Positions 1-9,514 of a DNA stretch of 64,000 bases are shown one piece after another. Under the pieces are notes generated by a model. That model searched no databases, was not told the origin of the DNA, and worked only from the letters and a program-made list of their open reading frames with translations. This stretch comes from a virus, in the IMG/VR virus record IMGVR_UViG_3300033485_000002, positions 1 to 64,000 of that record; one strand, given 5' to 3'. A program made the translations under genes and the position numbers. Position 1 is the stretch's first letter, and each line of letters starts with the position of its first letter.

Positions 1-1
1 T

Positions 2-1678
2 CAGCAGCAGTTCGTGGAGGTGTTCGGCCCGCCTGACGATACGATCGGCTATGAGGCGTATGCTGCGCTTCAGTATCTCCGGCAAGGTCGTCAGCTTTGG
101 TTTGTTCGAGTGGTTGGTGCGGCTGCGGCTGCTGCAACGCATACTTTCCTGTATGGTATTCCGGTTACGTCAGAGTCTCAGACTGAAACCCCGGCAATCG
201 ATGGTATTGTCAAGAGCTTCACTGGTACTGTGGCCCATGCTCTTGTAAAGCCTATTGGGTTTACTTTAACGGCCAATCTTCTTACTCATGGCACAAGTAC
301 CATGACCGATATCACTGGCCAAGGAATTCTTGTTGGTGATCATGGTACTGGTACGATTACCTATTCGAGTGGAGCATGGTCAGCCACCTGGGATACTGCT
401 CCGGCTAATGCTTCTGATATCACTGCCACTTATACGTATACCGATGATGGGTTCCTGGCTACCTGCATTTCCGATGGTGAATGGGGCAACAACATCACCA
501 TTGGTATCGAGGACGGTAGTAACGCAGGGACCAAGAAGCTCACGGTGTACTACGAGGGGATGTCGGTCGAGCGTTGGAACAACATTGACCTCGATGACAC
601 GGTTGGCAACACGCAATTCATCGAGACGGTGATCAACGGTAACTCCGAGTACATCACCGTTACGTTGGATGCTGGTGTTCCGGCTGCGACTGCCCTTCTT
701 CCGGTTAATATAGCGACTCCAGTTGCTCTAACTGGTGGAGATACGGATGCCGCTGCGGTGGTCGCTGCGGACATCATTGGTTTAGCGTGGGACGATGGGC
801 TGTCCTCGCCAACCGGTCTTCAACTTTTTGCTTCGCCGGGTGCGGTAGACATCAACTTGTTAGCTTGTCCGGGATGGTCGGATGCTGCGGTTGTAAACGA
901 GCTGCTGAACATCTGTGAGACACGGGCTGACTGCATGGCGATCATTGACCCGCCTGATAACCTTCGCCCGAGCGAGGTGGTGGACTGGCACAATGGTCAG
1001 GGTACGTGGGTTGGGCAGCATGCGGCCTTTAACAGCTCCTACGGTGCTCTGTATTGGCCGTGGGTCAAGGTCTACGACTCCTATAATGCCCAGTACGTGA
1101 TGACGCCGCCCTCTGGGCACGTTCTCGCGGTGTATGCCTTTACCGACTACAACACTGAGACTTGGTTCGCTCCTGCGGGCGTCCAGCGGGGTCGGGTGAA
1201 GTCCGGTGTTGATGTGGCGATGGGTGCAACTCCCGGTGAAACGGACCTCCTGTACGGTGACGGCAATGCGGTCAACCCGATCGTGCGCTTTACCAAGGAG
1301 GGGATCGTGGTTTGGGGCCAGCGGACCCTGCAACGGTCTCCGACCGCCCTTGACCGGGTGAACGTTCGCCGGTTGCTTCTGTATCTCCGGAAGGTGATCT
1401 CGACTGCTGCCCAGTACCTCGTGTTCGAGCCGAACGACGAGAAGACCTGGAAGCTGTTCGGCCACCTCGTGGTGCCCTACCTGAACGATGTCCGTCAGCG
1501 GCGCGGTCTCTACGACTTCCGGGTGAAGTGCGATGAGAGCACCAACCCTCCGGCTGTTATCGATCGGAACGAGCTGCACGCGCAGATCTTCCTGAAGCCG
1601 GTGAAGGCTGCTGAGTTCATCCAGGTGGATCTCGTAATCACCTCGACCGGTGCCAACTTCGACGAGATCATCTACTAA
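2..1678 (+). CDS. Tail sheath protein (T4 gp18-like), 5'-truncated by the window
   Basis: Frame open from base 2; sheath motifs YGALYWPWVKV, PPSGH, WFAPAG.QRG, VNPI, GIVVWGQRTL, RVNVRRLL, FEPND, PVKAAEFI. Confidence 0.95.
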   Translation, partial: QQQFVEVFGPPDDTIGYEAYAALQYLRQGRQLWFVRVVGAAAAAATHTFLYGIPVTSESQTETPAIDGIVKSFTGTVAHALVKPIGFTLTANLLTHGTSTMTDITGQGILVGDHGTGTITYSSGAWSATWDTAPANASDITATYTYTDDGFLATCISDGEWGNNITIGIEDGSNAGTKKLTVYYEGMSVERWNNIDLDDTVGNTQFIETVINGNSEYITVTLDAGVPAATALLPVNIATPVALTGGDTDAAAVVAADIIGLAWDDGLSSPTGLQLFASPGAVDINLLACPGWSDAAVVNELLNICETRADCMAIIDPPDNLRPSEVVDWHNGQGTWVGQHAAFNSSYGALYWPWVKVYDSYNAQYVMTPPSGHVLAVYAFTDYNTETWFAPAGVQRGRVKSGVDVAMGATPGETDLLYGDGNAVNPIVRFTKEGIVVWGQRTLQRSPTALDRVNVRRLLLYLRKVISTAAQYLVFEPNDEKTWKLFGHLVVPYLNDVRQRRGLYDFRVKCDESTNPPAVIDRNELHAQIFLKPVKAAEFIQVDLVITSTGANFDEIIY

Positions 1679-1688
1679 GGCTAGGCAG

Positions 1689-2297
1689 ATGACTCTACTT
1701 GAACGTGTTAAGCAACGTGTTGGCCTCTTGCAGGCACTTGGGGCAGGGGCCAGGACTCTTTACCAGGGGGTAAAGGACACGCCACGTGATATCAAGCGAA
1801 TGCGGGTTGCCCATAAGCTGCTGACCCGCACTCGCCCAATTGATCCGAATTTGCCGGGGAAGTTGCCTCCGCTTCTTCAACGGCACCAAACCTTGACGGC
1901 AGCACTTTCTCAAGGGAAAAACGCTTTCAGCCCAGAAGATTTTGCACGAAAATCTACTGAATTCGCTAAGGTAGAAAAAACACGTGCGAAGCTTGGGGCA
2001 ATTCGCAAGGCTGCTGTTCAGCGTAACGCGATTCGGTTAGGGGCATTAGGACTAGGGTTGACTGCTGGCTCCTTTGCTTATCGCACTTACAAGTTGCGGA
2101 AGCGCCAAGCACAAGAGCGGGCTAAGTACCGAGATTATCACGTTTTCCCGGAGCATAATTACGCGACTGCTCCGGTTCAACCTGAGAATCGCGCTGTTTA
2201 CTACGACAACCCTGTTCCAAGTTCTGGCCCACCGCGAGTAATTGAGAATGAACGCACTCAACTCATCAATCAGATCATAGAAGCGATTCTCGGATAA
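1689..2297 (+). CDS. Basic hypothetical virion protein with a Gly/Ala hydrophobic segment
   Basis: ATG 1689 just after the sheath stop; K/R-rich, LGALGLGLTAGSFAY segment; lies between sheath and tube. Confidence 0.6.
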   Translation: MTLLERVKQRVGLLQALGAGARTLYQGVKDTPRDIKRMRVAHKLLTRTRPIDPNLPGKLPPLLQRHQTLTAALSQGKNAFSPEDFARKSTEFAKVEKTRAKLGAIRKAAVQRNAIRLGALGLGLTAGSFAYRTYKLRKRQAQERAKYRDYHVFPEHNYATAPVQPENRAVYYDNPVPSSGPPRVIENERTQLINQIIEAILG

Positions 2298-2336
2298 CGG
2301 CTTTATTTGGTGGACACTGTATAGGAGGGTTCTAAC

Positions 2337-2897
2337 ATGCCATATTGGGAACCAATCGGATCGGATCTTCTTGGGGCCAAGCACATTGCCAGTCCCGGTG
2401 GCGGCTTTGAACCTCAGCGCGGGCACAACTTCGAACTTCTTCTTACGCTCCCCGGTGGTGTCCCAGGTGGCGTTGATGCAGCTATTCTTTTGAAGTCAGT
2501 GGAAACCTCGCTAGGTATCAGCCATAACAGTGAGCCACTGGCCCTGCCGTACATGAACGAGACCGTCTATATCGCTGGACGGCCCCTGTACGCGCCTGGG
2601 GCAGTGGTCTACCGCGACATGGTCAACATGGGTGTCTACAGCATGCTTGAGGGCTGGTATCAGCTCGTGTACAACGCCTATACCTCGGAGATTGGGTACG
2701 CGGCGGACTACAAGAGCATGGGCACGCTGACCATGTATGACGTGAAGGGCATCATTGCCCGTTCCTGGGAGCTGATCGGTATCTGGCCCCAGGATATCTC
2801 GCAGGAAGCGCCGTCGCATGTGAACGGTGACATCATGCGGCTCAATGTGACGTTCCAGTTCGACAAGGCAGTACCTTTGTTCATTGCTTCGTACTGA
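2337..2897 (+). CDS. Tail tube protein (T4 gp19-like)
   Basis: AGGAGG RBS; 186 aa after sheath; YIAGR, ADYK, W.LIGIWP, VTFQFD motifs. Confidence 0.9.
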   Translation: MPYWEPIGSDLLGAKHIASPGGGFEPQRGHNFELLLTLPGGVPGGVDAAILLKSVETSLGISHNSEPLALPYMNETVYIAGRPLYAPGAVVYRDMVNMGVYSMLEGWYQLVYNAYTSEIGYAADYKSMGTLTMYDVKGIIARSWELIGIWPQDISQEAPSHVNGDIMRLNVTFQFDKAVPLFIASY

Positions 2898-2942
2898 TAG
2901 AGTTTGACAATAAGATCTTTTCTTGCCCGCTATAAGAACTTT

Positions 2943-2982
2943 CAGCCTGCCTAACCTTTCATAAGAGGCAGGCTGTATTTTT
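2943..2982 (+). terminator. Intrinsic terminator after the sheath/tube genes
   Basis: 10-bp stem CAGCCTGCCT/AGGCAGGCTG followed by TATTTTT. Confidence 0.7.
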
Positions 2983-3019
2983 AGATGAGGACAAGAGTTA
3001 ACCCAATTAGGAGGACACA

Positions 3020-4054
3020 ATGGGTGAATTCGATTTCTTAACGCCAATCCCAAAAACCACGGTGCAGGTGAAGCTGCCGTCACGGGGAGTCCTTTACCCA
3101 AAGGGATCTCCTGCGTCGGGCGGTAAGTTGACCTTGACGCCAATGACGATGGTTGAGGAAGCCGTTTTCGCCAACCCGAGGTCACAGGGTGGGGAAGCGG
3201 TGGACACAATCTTGAAGCGGTGTATCCAAGAATCTGTTGATGTCAACACGCTTTTGTCCAGTGACAAGTTCTTCATGTTCATGATTCTTCGTGCCATCAC
3301 CTATGGTCCGAAGTACTCGTTTGTGTGGACTTGCACAGCTAGGAAGAACCCTCGGGAAGCTTGTGGCCGGAAGAACGAAAAGACGGTCAGGATCCCCGAT
3401 GACTTCGAGGTGAAATACCTGGCTGATGAGGATAAGGAGCCGTTTATCCTCCGGCTGAAAGACAGCGGCAAAGAAGTTTCTCTGCGGCTTCTTCGTGGTT
3501 ATGACGAACCGATGATCGACAAGTACACGGCGGAGTTGGAAGCCAAGCGGAAGCAGGGTATCCAGATCGCTGATACGACTCAGGCGTACCGGTTGTCCCG
3601 GCATCTTGTGGCTGTGGACGGTAAGTCGGTCGAGAAGGCCCCCGAGGACAAGGTGCTCTCCTTTCTGGTGTCTTTGTCGTCCAAGGATATCCAGCAAATC
3701 CGTGACACTATCGTGTACTACACCCCAGGAATTAGCACGGGTGTGACGCTCGTGTGTGCTGACTGCGGCACTGTCCACGAATGGGATTTGCCGTTTACGG
3801 CGGACTTTTTTCGTGCAGTCGATACGGAGCCGGGGCGAACAGTGGTCGATGAAGTTCGACCTGATGTACCACCTCGGGATGAGGTACAGCGAGATAATGA
3901 GCCTGGACCTAGCGGAACTCCAGTGGTACTACGAGAAGCTGCGAGAGACGAAGGAACAGGAGATCGAAATCGAGAAGGTCAAACTCGAAGTGCTGGCTTA
4001 CGTCGCATCAGCCGGGGCCACCAAGAAACAGGCGCAGAACCTACTAAGCGGTAA
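3020..4054 (+). CDS. Tail/baseplate assembly chaperone (T4 gp26-like); conserved part ends at PFTADFF (~3811)
   Basis: V.LPSRG.LY, PMT..EE, D.FF..LRAITYG, Cys pairs, LPFTADFF; directly upstream of the tape measure gene. Confidence 0.8.
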   Translation: MGEFDFLTPIPKTTVQVKLPSRGVLYPKGSPASGGKLTLTPMTMVEEAVFANPRSQGGEAVDTILKRCIQESVDVNTLLSSDKFFMFMILRAITYGPKYSFVWTCTARKNPREACGRKNEKTVRIPDDFEVKYLADEDKEPFILRLKDSGKEVSLRLLRGYDEPMIDKYTAELEAKRKQGIQIADTTQAYRLSRHLVAVDGKSVEKAPEDKVLSFLVSLSSKDIQQIRDTIVYYTPGISTGVTLVCADCGTVHEWDLPFTADFFRAVDTEPGRTVVDEVRPDVPPRDEVQRDNEPGPSGTPVVLREAARDEGTGDRNREGQTRSAGLRRISRGHQETGAEPTKR

Positions 4055-4073
4055 GGGTAAAAAAGAGGGTTAA
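3813..4073 (+). CDS. Downstream (+1 frame) part of the tail assembly chaperone, probably reached by frameshift
   Basis: Frame +1 encodes FDLMYHLGMRYSEIMSLDLAELQWYYEKL, typical of chaperone extensions; starts right after GAC TTT TTT CGT and stops 3 nt before the TMP start. Confidence 0.7.
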   Translation: MQSIRSRGEQWSMKFDLMYHLGMRYSEIMSLDLAELQWYYEKLRETKEQEIEIEKVKLEVLAYVASAGATKKQAQNLLSGKGKKEG

Positions 4074-4076
4074 CCT

Positions 4077-6941
4077 ATGACCCCCGATCTCGACCAAACT
4101 CTATCCCTGAAGGCGCAACTGAATGATCTAGTTACGCCGACGCTACGGAAGATCGAGCAGAATACTCGTACGACCAGTGATGCGTTGAATCAACTGGTGC
4201 AGGCTTTCGAGCAGGCAGGGGCACAGACTGGGAGTAGCACGAAGGGTATGACCGACAAGGTCGGGGATAACCTCGACCAACTTCAGGCTAAACTCAAAGA
4301 AACTGGTGGTGGGTTCAGGGAGTTCGGGGAGGAAGCGTCACAGAATTCCCGTAAGGTAGGTCAGGCGTTAGAAGACGCGCTGTATACTGAAGGGGCTACC
4401 CGTAAGCTCGATGAGTTAGACAAGGATCTGGGCGGGGTCAATCGTGTTTTCACTTCGATGGCTTCCCGACAACGGTCCATTTCGGGGAAAGCTCGGAACC
4501 TTCAGGCTGTAACCAAGGATAATATCAACAAGAGGGTCATTCCGGCCTTCGAAGAACTCCATGCTACATTAGACGACTACCCGGATACTTTGAAGGAGAT
4601 CAACAGCCTCGAAGAGGGCCGAATGAAGATGCTCTCGGAGGGGGGAAGTGTTCTTAGCCGGGTAGGAGAACGGCTCAAGGGGCTGACTGGTATCCCCGAA
4701 AAGATCAAGTTCGGGGTAGCGGACATGGCAGGTGTTGTGACTGGCGGCATGCTCGGTGTTGCGGGCATGAAAGTGCAGGAGCAACAGCGAGAAGTAGCCC
4801 GAGTGGGTGGAGTAGATGCGTTTCAAGCGCTGCCTGGGGAACTCACCAAAGCTACCATGCAGGCTCAGACCACGATGGATGTGGCGGGGCCTTTTGTGCT
4901 GGCTCTGAAAGAGCTGAACGCTACCTCCAGTGAACTGATCCCCGAAACTGTCAGCCAGATGGTGAACTTGAGCAAGGCCACGGGGATGAGCGTGGAGGAA
5001 ACGGTGGCCTTGCAGCATGCTTACACGCGCTTAGGGGGAGTAAAGCTCCCGGATTACGAAGAGATCATGAGTGGTGCCCTGTCAGCGGCACAAGAATCAG
5101 CCGCTACTTGGGACGACATGTCGGCAACCATTCAAGAAGCCTCTCTTCACATGCTCAATTACTCAGAGGCGCAACGGAAGACCTTTGTCAATAATCAAAT
5201 CGCCGCCACTGCGGCTGCGAAAGATTTAGGGCTGCAAGCGGACGCCTTCGAAACTTTGCGAGATAACATTCTTGACAATTCAGATGCCTATGCTCGTTTT
5301 GCGGGGATGTTAGCTAGTGCCGGGTCAGCGTTTGCCCCCGATGAAGCGTTGAGAGATGCTAATACATTAATCGATGCAATGCAGGATATTATCAATACTT
5401 CCGGGGCTAAAAGCTTAGATATGGAAACCTTCCAAGGGCGACAGGTTTACCAGCAAGTTTTTGCTCCGTTAGGTATTGGCGAGGATATGTTCCGGCGTAT
5501 GGTTAAAGGGATGCCCGAAGGAGAAGGGGTGCTCGGGCAAACCGCCGCAGAACGTTTAGCGAAAGTTGAAGCAGGTGCGCCTACGGCAGTTGAAGAAACG
5601 TCTAAAGCTATCCGTGGCACCGTAGCAGAACAGTATGAACAAATCCAAGGGACATGGGACTCTGGAATCATTACTCCAGGAACAAAACTTATTGAAGGAT
5701 TTGGGGTAGTTGTTGATAAGTTTGGTAATTTCCTTGAACAAGGAGTTACGGCTTTTCAGCGGTTCGATGAGAGCGTAGGAGGAAAAGCGAGCACGGGTGT
5801 TGCTGCGGCTGGAGCAGCAGCCGGTGTTTACGGGGCGGGACAAGGTTTAGGCGCTTTGATGGGGTTCAAAGAGGGCGGTATTGCGAGTACGGTAATTGGC
5901 CTTTCTGCACTTACAGGAGGCGCTATTGTCGGGACAGGAGGCGCTGTTCTTACAAAAGATTTTTGGAAGGATCCTCTTGGCAATCTTTTCGGAGGAAAAA
6001 CAACCCCAGAGGGGCAAAGTAATCTTTTTGGAGAAAAAACAACTCCAGAAGAGCAAGCTAAATTAGCGGCGGTTGGGCTTGGTCCACAAGCGATGCCTCA
6101 AGAACAAGCCCCCCTTTGGGCTAAAGAAGGCATCCCCGAGCAAAAAACAAGTATTTGGACGAAGGTTAAAGAAGCCGTACACCCGAAGTCAGCATTAGAT
6201 GATCCAGAATTTTTTGCGCGTATCCAAGCTACTTTAGCCCAACAAGGAGTGGCTACAACTATTCCTACGGACTTATCTACTGCTGAAAAAGTAGATATGG
6301 CTAGTGCTATCCAAGATATTTTAGACCAAACCAATATTTCACGTGACTCTTTTGAAGGACGTAAATTTGAGGAAGCGTACTTTAAGCCTATGGGGCTTAG
6401 CCCAGATATGTTTGAGCGAGCAAGGATACATGATGAGACGATGACTGCCCCTGTTAACATTGCAAAAAAGACACTTATTGGTGGTCTCGGAGATCCTCTT
6501 GGAACTGCTTGGGCTGGCCTCAAAGAACTCCACTCTGTGTGGAAAGGGCAAAAAGACCTGGAAGAGATTCAGAAACGACAAACAATGGCTGATACTATCA
6601 ACGCTTTACCCCAAGCAATTGAAGTTACAGCAGCAAATATTCGAGAGACTGGGGTACCGACTGTCTGGGACGGCTTGGGGGATGGGGAACTCATGAGCCA
6701 GACTCTCCAGATGGCTCCAGAGCTTACTACAACCGGTGAAGTAGAAATCCCAGCCATGAACGAGGTGGCACGTAATACTTCACAGCAAACGAGTATTCTG
6801 AAGTCCATCTTAGATGCAATTCGTAATCTGAACGGCCCGGATACCCCGCAGAATCCTCGGATCATTCCGGGTATGGCTAATGTAGAAACACCGGGTGTCC
6901 TTCGAGATTACGAGTACTTTGCAGCGGAGTTAGGGAGATAA
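4077..6941 (+). CDS. Tape measure protein
   Basis: 954 aa, helical Ala/Gly-rich, hydrophobic Gly stretches, canonical position after the chaperone. Confidence 0.85.
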   Translation: MTPDLDQTLSLKAQLNDLVTPTLRKIEQNTRTTSDALNQLVQAFEQAGAQTGSSTKGMTDKVGDNLDQLQAKLKETGGGFREFGEEASQNSRKVGQALEDALYTEGATRKLDELDKDLGGVNRVFTSMASRQRSISGKARNLQAVTKDNINKRVIPAFEELHATLDDYPDTLKEINSLEEGRMKMLSEGGSVLSRVGERLKGLTGIPEKIKFGVADMAGVVTGGMLGVAGMKVQEQQREVARVGGVDAFQALPGELTKATMQAQTTMDVAGPFVLALKELNATSSELIPETVSQMVNLSKATGMSVEETVALQHAYTRLGGVKLPDYEEIMSGALSAAQESAATWDDMSATIQEASLHMLNYSEAQRKTFVNNQIAATAAAKDLGLQADAFETLRDNILDNSDAYARFAGMLASAGSAFAPDEALRDANTLIDAMQDIINTSGAKSLDMETFQGRQVYQQVFAPLGIGEDMFRRMVKGMPEGEGVLGQTAAERLAKVEAGAPTAVEETSKAIRGTVAEQYEQIQGTWDSGIITPGTKLIEGFGVVVDKFGNFLEQGVTAFQRFDESVGGKASTGVAAAGAAAGVYGAGQGLGALMGFKEGGIASTVIGLSALTGGAIVGTGGAVLTKDFWKDPLGNLFGGKTTPEGQSNLFGEKTTPEEQAKLAAVGLGPQAMPQEQAPLWAKEGIPEQKTSIWTKVKEAVHPKSALDDPEFFARIQATLAQQGVATTIPTDLSTAEKVDMASAIQDILDQTNISRDSFEGRKFEEAYFKPMGLSPDMFERARIHDETMTAPVNIAKKTLIGGLGDPLGTAWAGLKELHSVWKGQKDLEEIQKRQTMADTINALPQAIEVTAANIRETGVPTVWDGLGDGELMSQTLQMAPELTTTGEVEIPAMNEVARNTSQQTSILKSILDAIRNLNGPDTPQNPRIIPGMANVETPGVLRDYEYFAAELGR
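5982..6057 (+). repeat. 39-nt tandem duplication in the tape measure gene
   Basis: NLFGGKTTPEGQS / NLFGEKTTPEEQA, copies start at 5982 and 6021. Confidence 0.8.
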
Positions 6942-6944
6942 GTC

Positions 6945-7565
6945 ATGTCTTCTGGTTATGGTGGAGATCGTTCAGCCGCCCGAGTGTTGAGTCCTGAAGC
7001 ATATTGCTTCATTCTCGATTTAGACAGTGACGATCAAGATCGGCTGGAGTTCCAGCTCATGCCGGAAGCATTTGTCGATACGAAATCGGCAGTCTATAAC
7101 GAGACACCGATTATCGGACGTAGCTTGCCGCTTCTTGGGTACTCGCACTCTACCTCTCGTACTATCGGGCTTTCTCTTCAGTTTGCGTCATTGAACCCTA
7201 CCGGGTCATACTCACCTTCTTGGGTAAGAGAGAAGATAAGCTGGCTGGAGTCGAAGATCTACCCGGTGTATGAGGAGGGGTTCGTGTACCCCCCACATCG
7301 GCTGCTGCTGTCTATCGCTGAATCAGTGGGCATGCAGGTAGTTATGACGAGTTGTTCAACTACTTGGATGGGGCCATGGGCTGTTAATGAGTATGGTGCT
7401 CAAGCTTTTCGGGCACAAGCTGACTGTCAGTTCCAAGAGTATGGCGCAAACGATGGTACACGCCCCTATAGCTTCGCTGACGCTATTGAGGGTAAGCACA
7501 ATACGTTTGGGGCAAAAGGTACGACGATCTATTTTGACATTCCTCTGAGTGTCGGGAGTGGATGA
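6945..7565 (+). CDS. Baseplate tube-initiator-like protein (CIS tube / gp48-gp54-like)
   Basis: FQLMPE..D.KSA.Y....IIGRS.P..GY motif; follows TMP. Confidence 0.65.
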   Translation: MSSGYGGDRSAARVLSPEAYCFILDLDSDDQDRLEFQLMPEAFVDTKSAVYNETPIIGRSLPLLGYSHSTSRTIGLSLQFASLNPTGSYSPSWVREKISWLESKIYPVYEEGFVYPPHRLLLSIAESVGMQVVMTSCSTTWMGPWAVNEYGAQAFRAQADCQFQEYGANDGTRPYSFADAIEGKHNTFGAKGTTIYFDIPLSVGSG

Positions 7566-7927
7566 TGCCTATCGTAGAGACCCTTCTGACGCCCTTAAAC
7601 CAGGGGCAAATCCCACGGGGGTGGAGACACATCCCCGGTCGTTACCAGAAGTCCTGGGCCTATCAGGACGCGGAAGAACGGTATTTCCTGGGGACGTTCA
7701 GCGTTCCGACTATTTCGGCACATAGTTCCGATCTGCTGTATGCGCTGGAAGTCGGGGATGTGGCTCGCCCTGATCTCATTTCCTATAAGGTTTACAAGCA
7801 CCCTGGTTACTATTGGGTCATTTTGTGGCTCAACAATATCAGTGACCCATTCGAGGGTATGTATCCGGGCATGATGTTACGGCTTCCTACGCTTCAAAGG
7901 TTGGCTGAATACGGTATCCGAGCATAG
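7562..7927 (+). CDS. Baseplate wedge protein, LysM-like (gp53-like)
   Basis: RPDLISYKVY..PGYYWVILWLNNISDPF..G..LRLP. Confidence 0.85.
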   Translation: MMPIVETLLTPLNQGQIPRGWRHIPGRYQKSWAYQDAEERYFLGTFSVPTISAHSSDLLYALEVGDVARPDLISYKVYKHPGYYWVILWLNNISDPFEGMYPGMMLRLPTLQRLAEYGIRA

Positions 7928-7932
7928 GGGGA

Positions 7933-9513
7933 ATGATGGTAGACACAATTATCCCCCGCCCCGAGATGTACCAGACGTATGCTCCTTTTTTGGAAGTCTA
8001 CGTTCGGGGGCAGGATCTATTACGTTCTTCAGATGGGAAACCACGTAATCTGATCTCCTTTACGCACACCCGTTATCAAATGGGCGGTGGTCTGTGGGAG
8101 TTGGAAATCTTTGACCCTGACTATGTAAATGCTGAAGAACTGCTATTAGGCGTGTCTGCAAAAGAAGGGACAACGAGTGGGGAAGAAGGTGGTGACCCAG
8201 AAAGCTATGAAGTCACTCAACCCGCTATGTTTCGGTATGGTTACGTTTCGCAAGATGGAAAAGTTATCACAGTTAGTCCTCTTGGAGAAGAGTACTTTTT
8301 TGCGACTATAAATCAGTATAGAGCTACGTATCAACCAAATGGTACATTACTCAGTATCACGGGACAAACTCTCGGATACGTTCATGCTCGATCTATTAAA
8401 GAAAAACGTTCATTTTATGCAAAAAATATCTATACTATTCTCAAAGAAATTTGTGAATTATTAGAATGGGAGTTTGTTCCTCTGGGAGAAACTGAGCCAG
8501 GAGAGTTAGCCCCAGAAAAACAACCCACGTTTCTATCAGTCACGAATGCTGCTATTGACTCTACTGAAGAGCAAGAGCCAACTGTTACAATGGAAGAGAA
8601 TGAAACATATTATCAATTTATTCAACGGATTTGCAATATGGCCCGCTCTAATGACCCAAAGTTTGGGGATTACGTTTGCTATTTACAAACTAGGACCAAA
8701 GGAAAAACAAGTGAGGGGGGTAACCCTACCCCAGAGAAGCCAGTTACCTATTTATATTTCGGCCCTTATGATGCTTTCAAAGGGCCAGTTCGTAAATATG
8801 TATACATGCGTGACCCAACTTCTGATGTTATCAGTTTTACTCCAAATGTTGCTATTACTGTTGCAGCTATAGCGGGGGCCTCAAGCGGTGTAGTAATTAA
8901 AGGGGATGACCCACAACGTGGGGAACCATTTGTACATCAAACTGATCATGCTAATCTCGACATGAAAACACACCGTACACGTCGTCCTCCAGTTGGAGTA
9001 ACTGCGAGTTTTGCCGAAATGCGGCAATTCCAAGAGGGTCTTCCTGAACAAGGTGAAGACACTTTGAAACGACCAGAAGGTGGTGTTGCAGGGCCTACAG
9101 TATTAGCTGCTCCAAAAGCAGCGGATATTGACGCTCCTGTAGTGGAGATGTCCACGGCAATAACTAACCCGATCAAGTTAGACCATGCTGCCATGAATTG
9201 GTGGCTTGGTTTGAACCGAATGGTGAACAGTGCCACATTAGAGATTTTTGGTGACCCTTCACCTGAGTTAGATATTGGAAATAATGTTATTGTCGTGTAT
9301 TTCGTCCCTACGGATAACAAGGAGTTTCGTGTTCATTGGATTACAAAAATTTGGGGAATCATTGGCATCACTCATTCGATCCAAGGCGGGACTTACATCA
9401 CACAGCTTGAGTTAGGGACAAATGGTGGTGGGCTGGATATGGGCACCCGTCAAGCCTGGAACGCCATGACTAGTGGTATGGACCCAGGCGCAATGGGACG
9501 GGCAGGGGGTTAA
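7933..9513 (+). CDS. Baseplate hub protein (gp27 / late-control D-like)
   Basis: FRYGY, ETYYQFIQRI, ATLEIFGDP..L.IG, I.GITHSI.GG.Y.T.LEL; precedes the spike. Confidence 0.7.
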   Translation: MMVDTIIPRPEMYQTYAPFLEVYVRGQDLLRSSDGKPRNLISFTHTRYQMGGGLWELEIFDPDYVNAEELLLGVSAKEGTTSGEEGGDPESYEVTQPAMFRYGYVSQDGKVITVSPLGEEYFFATINQYRATYQPNGTLLSITGQTLGYVHARSIKEKRSFYAKNIYTILKEICELLEWEFVPLGETEPGELAPEKQPTFLSVTNAAIDSTEEQEPTVTMEENETYYQFIQRICNMARSNDPKFGDYVCYLQTRTKGKTSEGGNPTPEKPVTYLYFGPYDAFKGPVRKYVYMRDPTSDVISFTPNVAITVAAIAGASSGVVIKGDDPQRGEPFVHQTDHANLDMKTHRTRRPPVGVTASFAEMRQFQEGLPEQGEDTLKRPEGGVAGPTVLAAPKAADIDAPVVEMSTAITNPIKLDHAAMNWWLGLNRMVNSATLEIFGDPSPELDIGNNVIVVYFVPTDNKEFRVHWITKIWGIIGITHSIQGGTYITQLELGTNGGGLDMGTRQAWNAMTSGMDPGAMGRAGG

Positions 9514-9514
9514 G

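Noticed and set aside
2904-2936. Sigma70 promoter TTGACA...TATAAG after the tube gene
   Set aside because: The spacer is 21 nt and a terminator follows immediately
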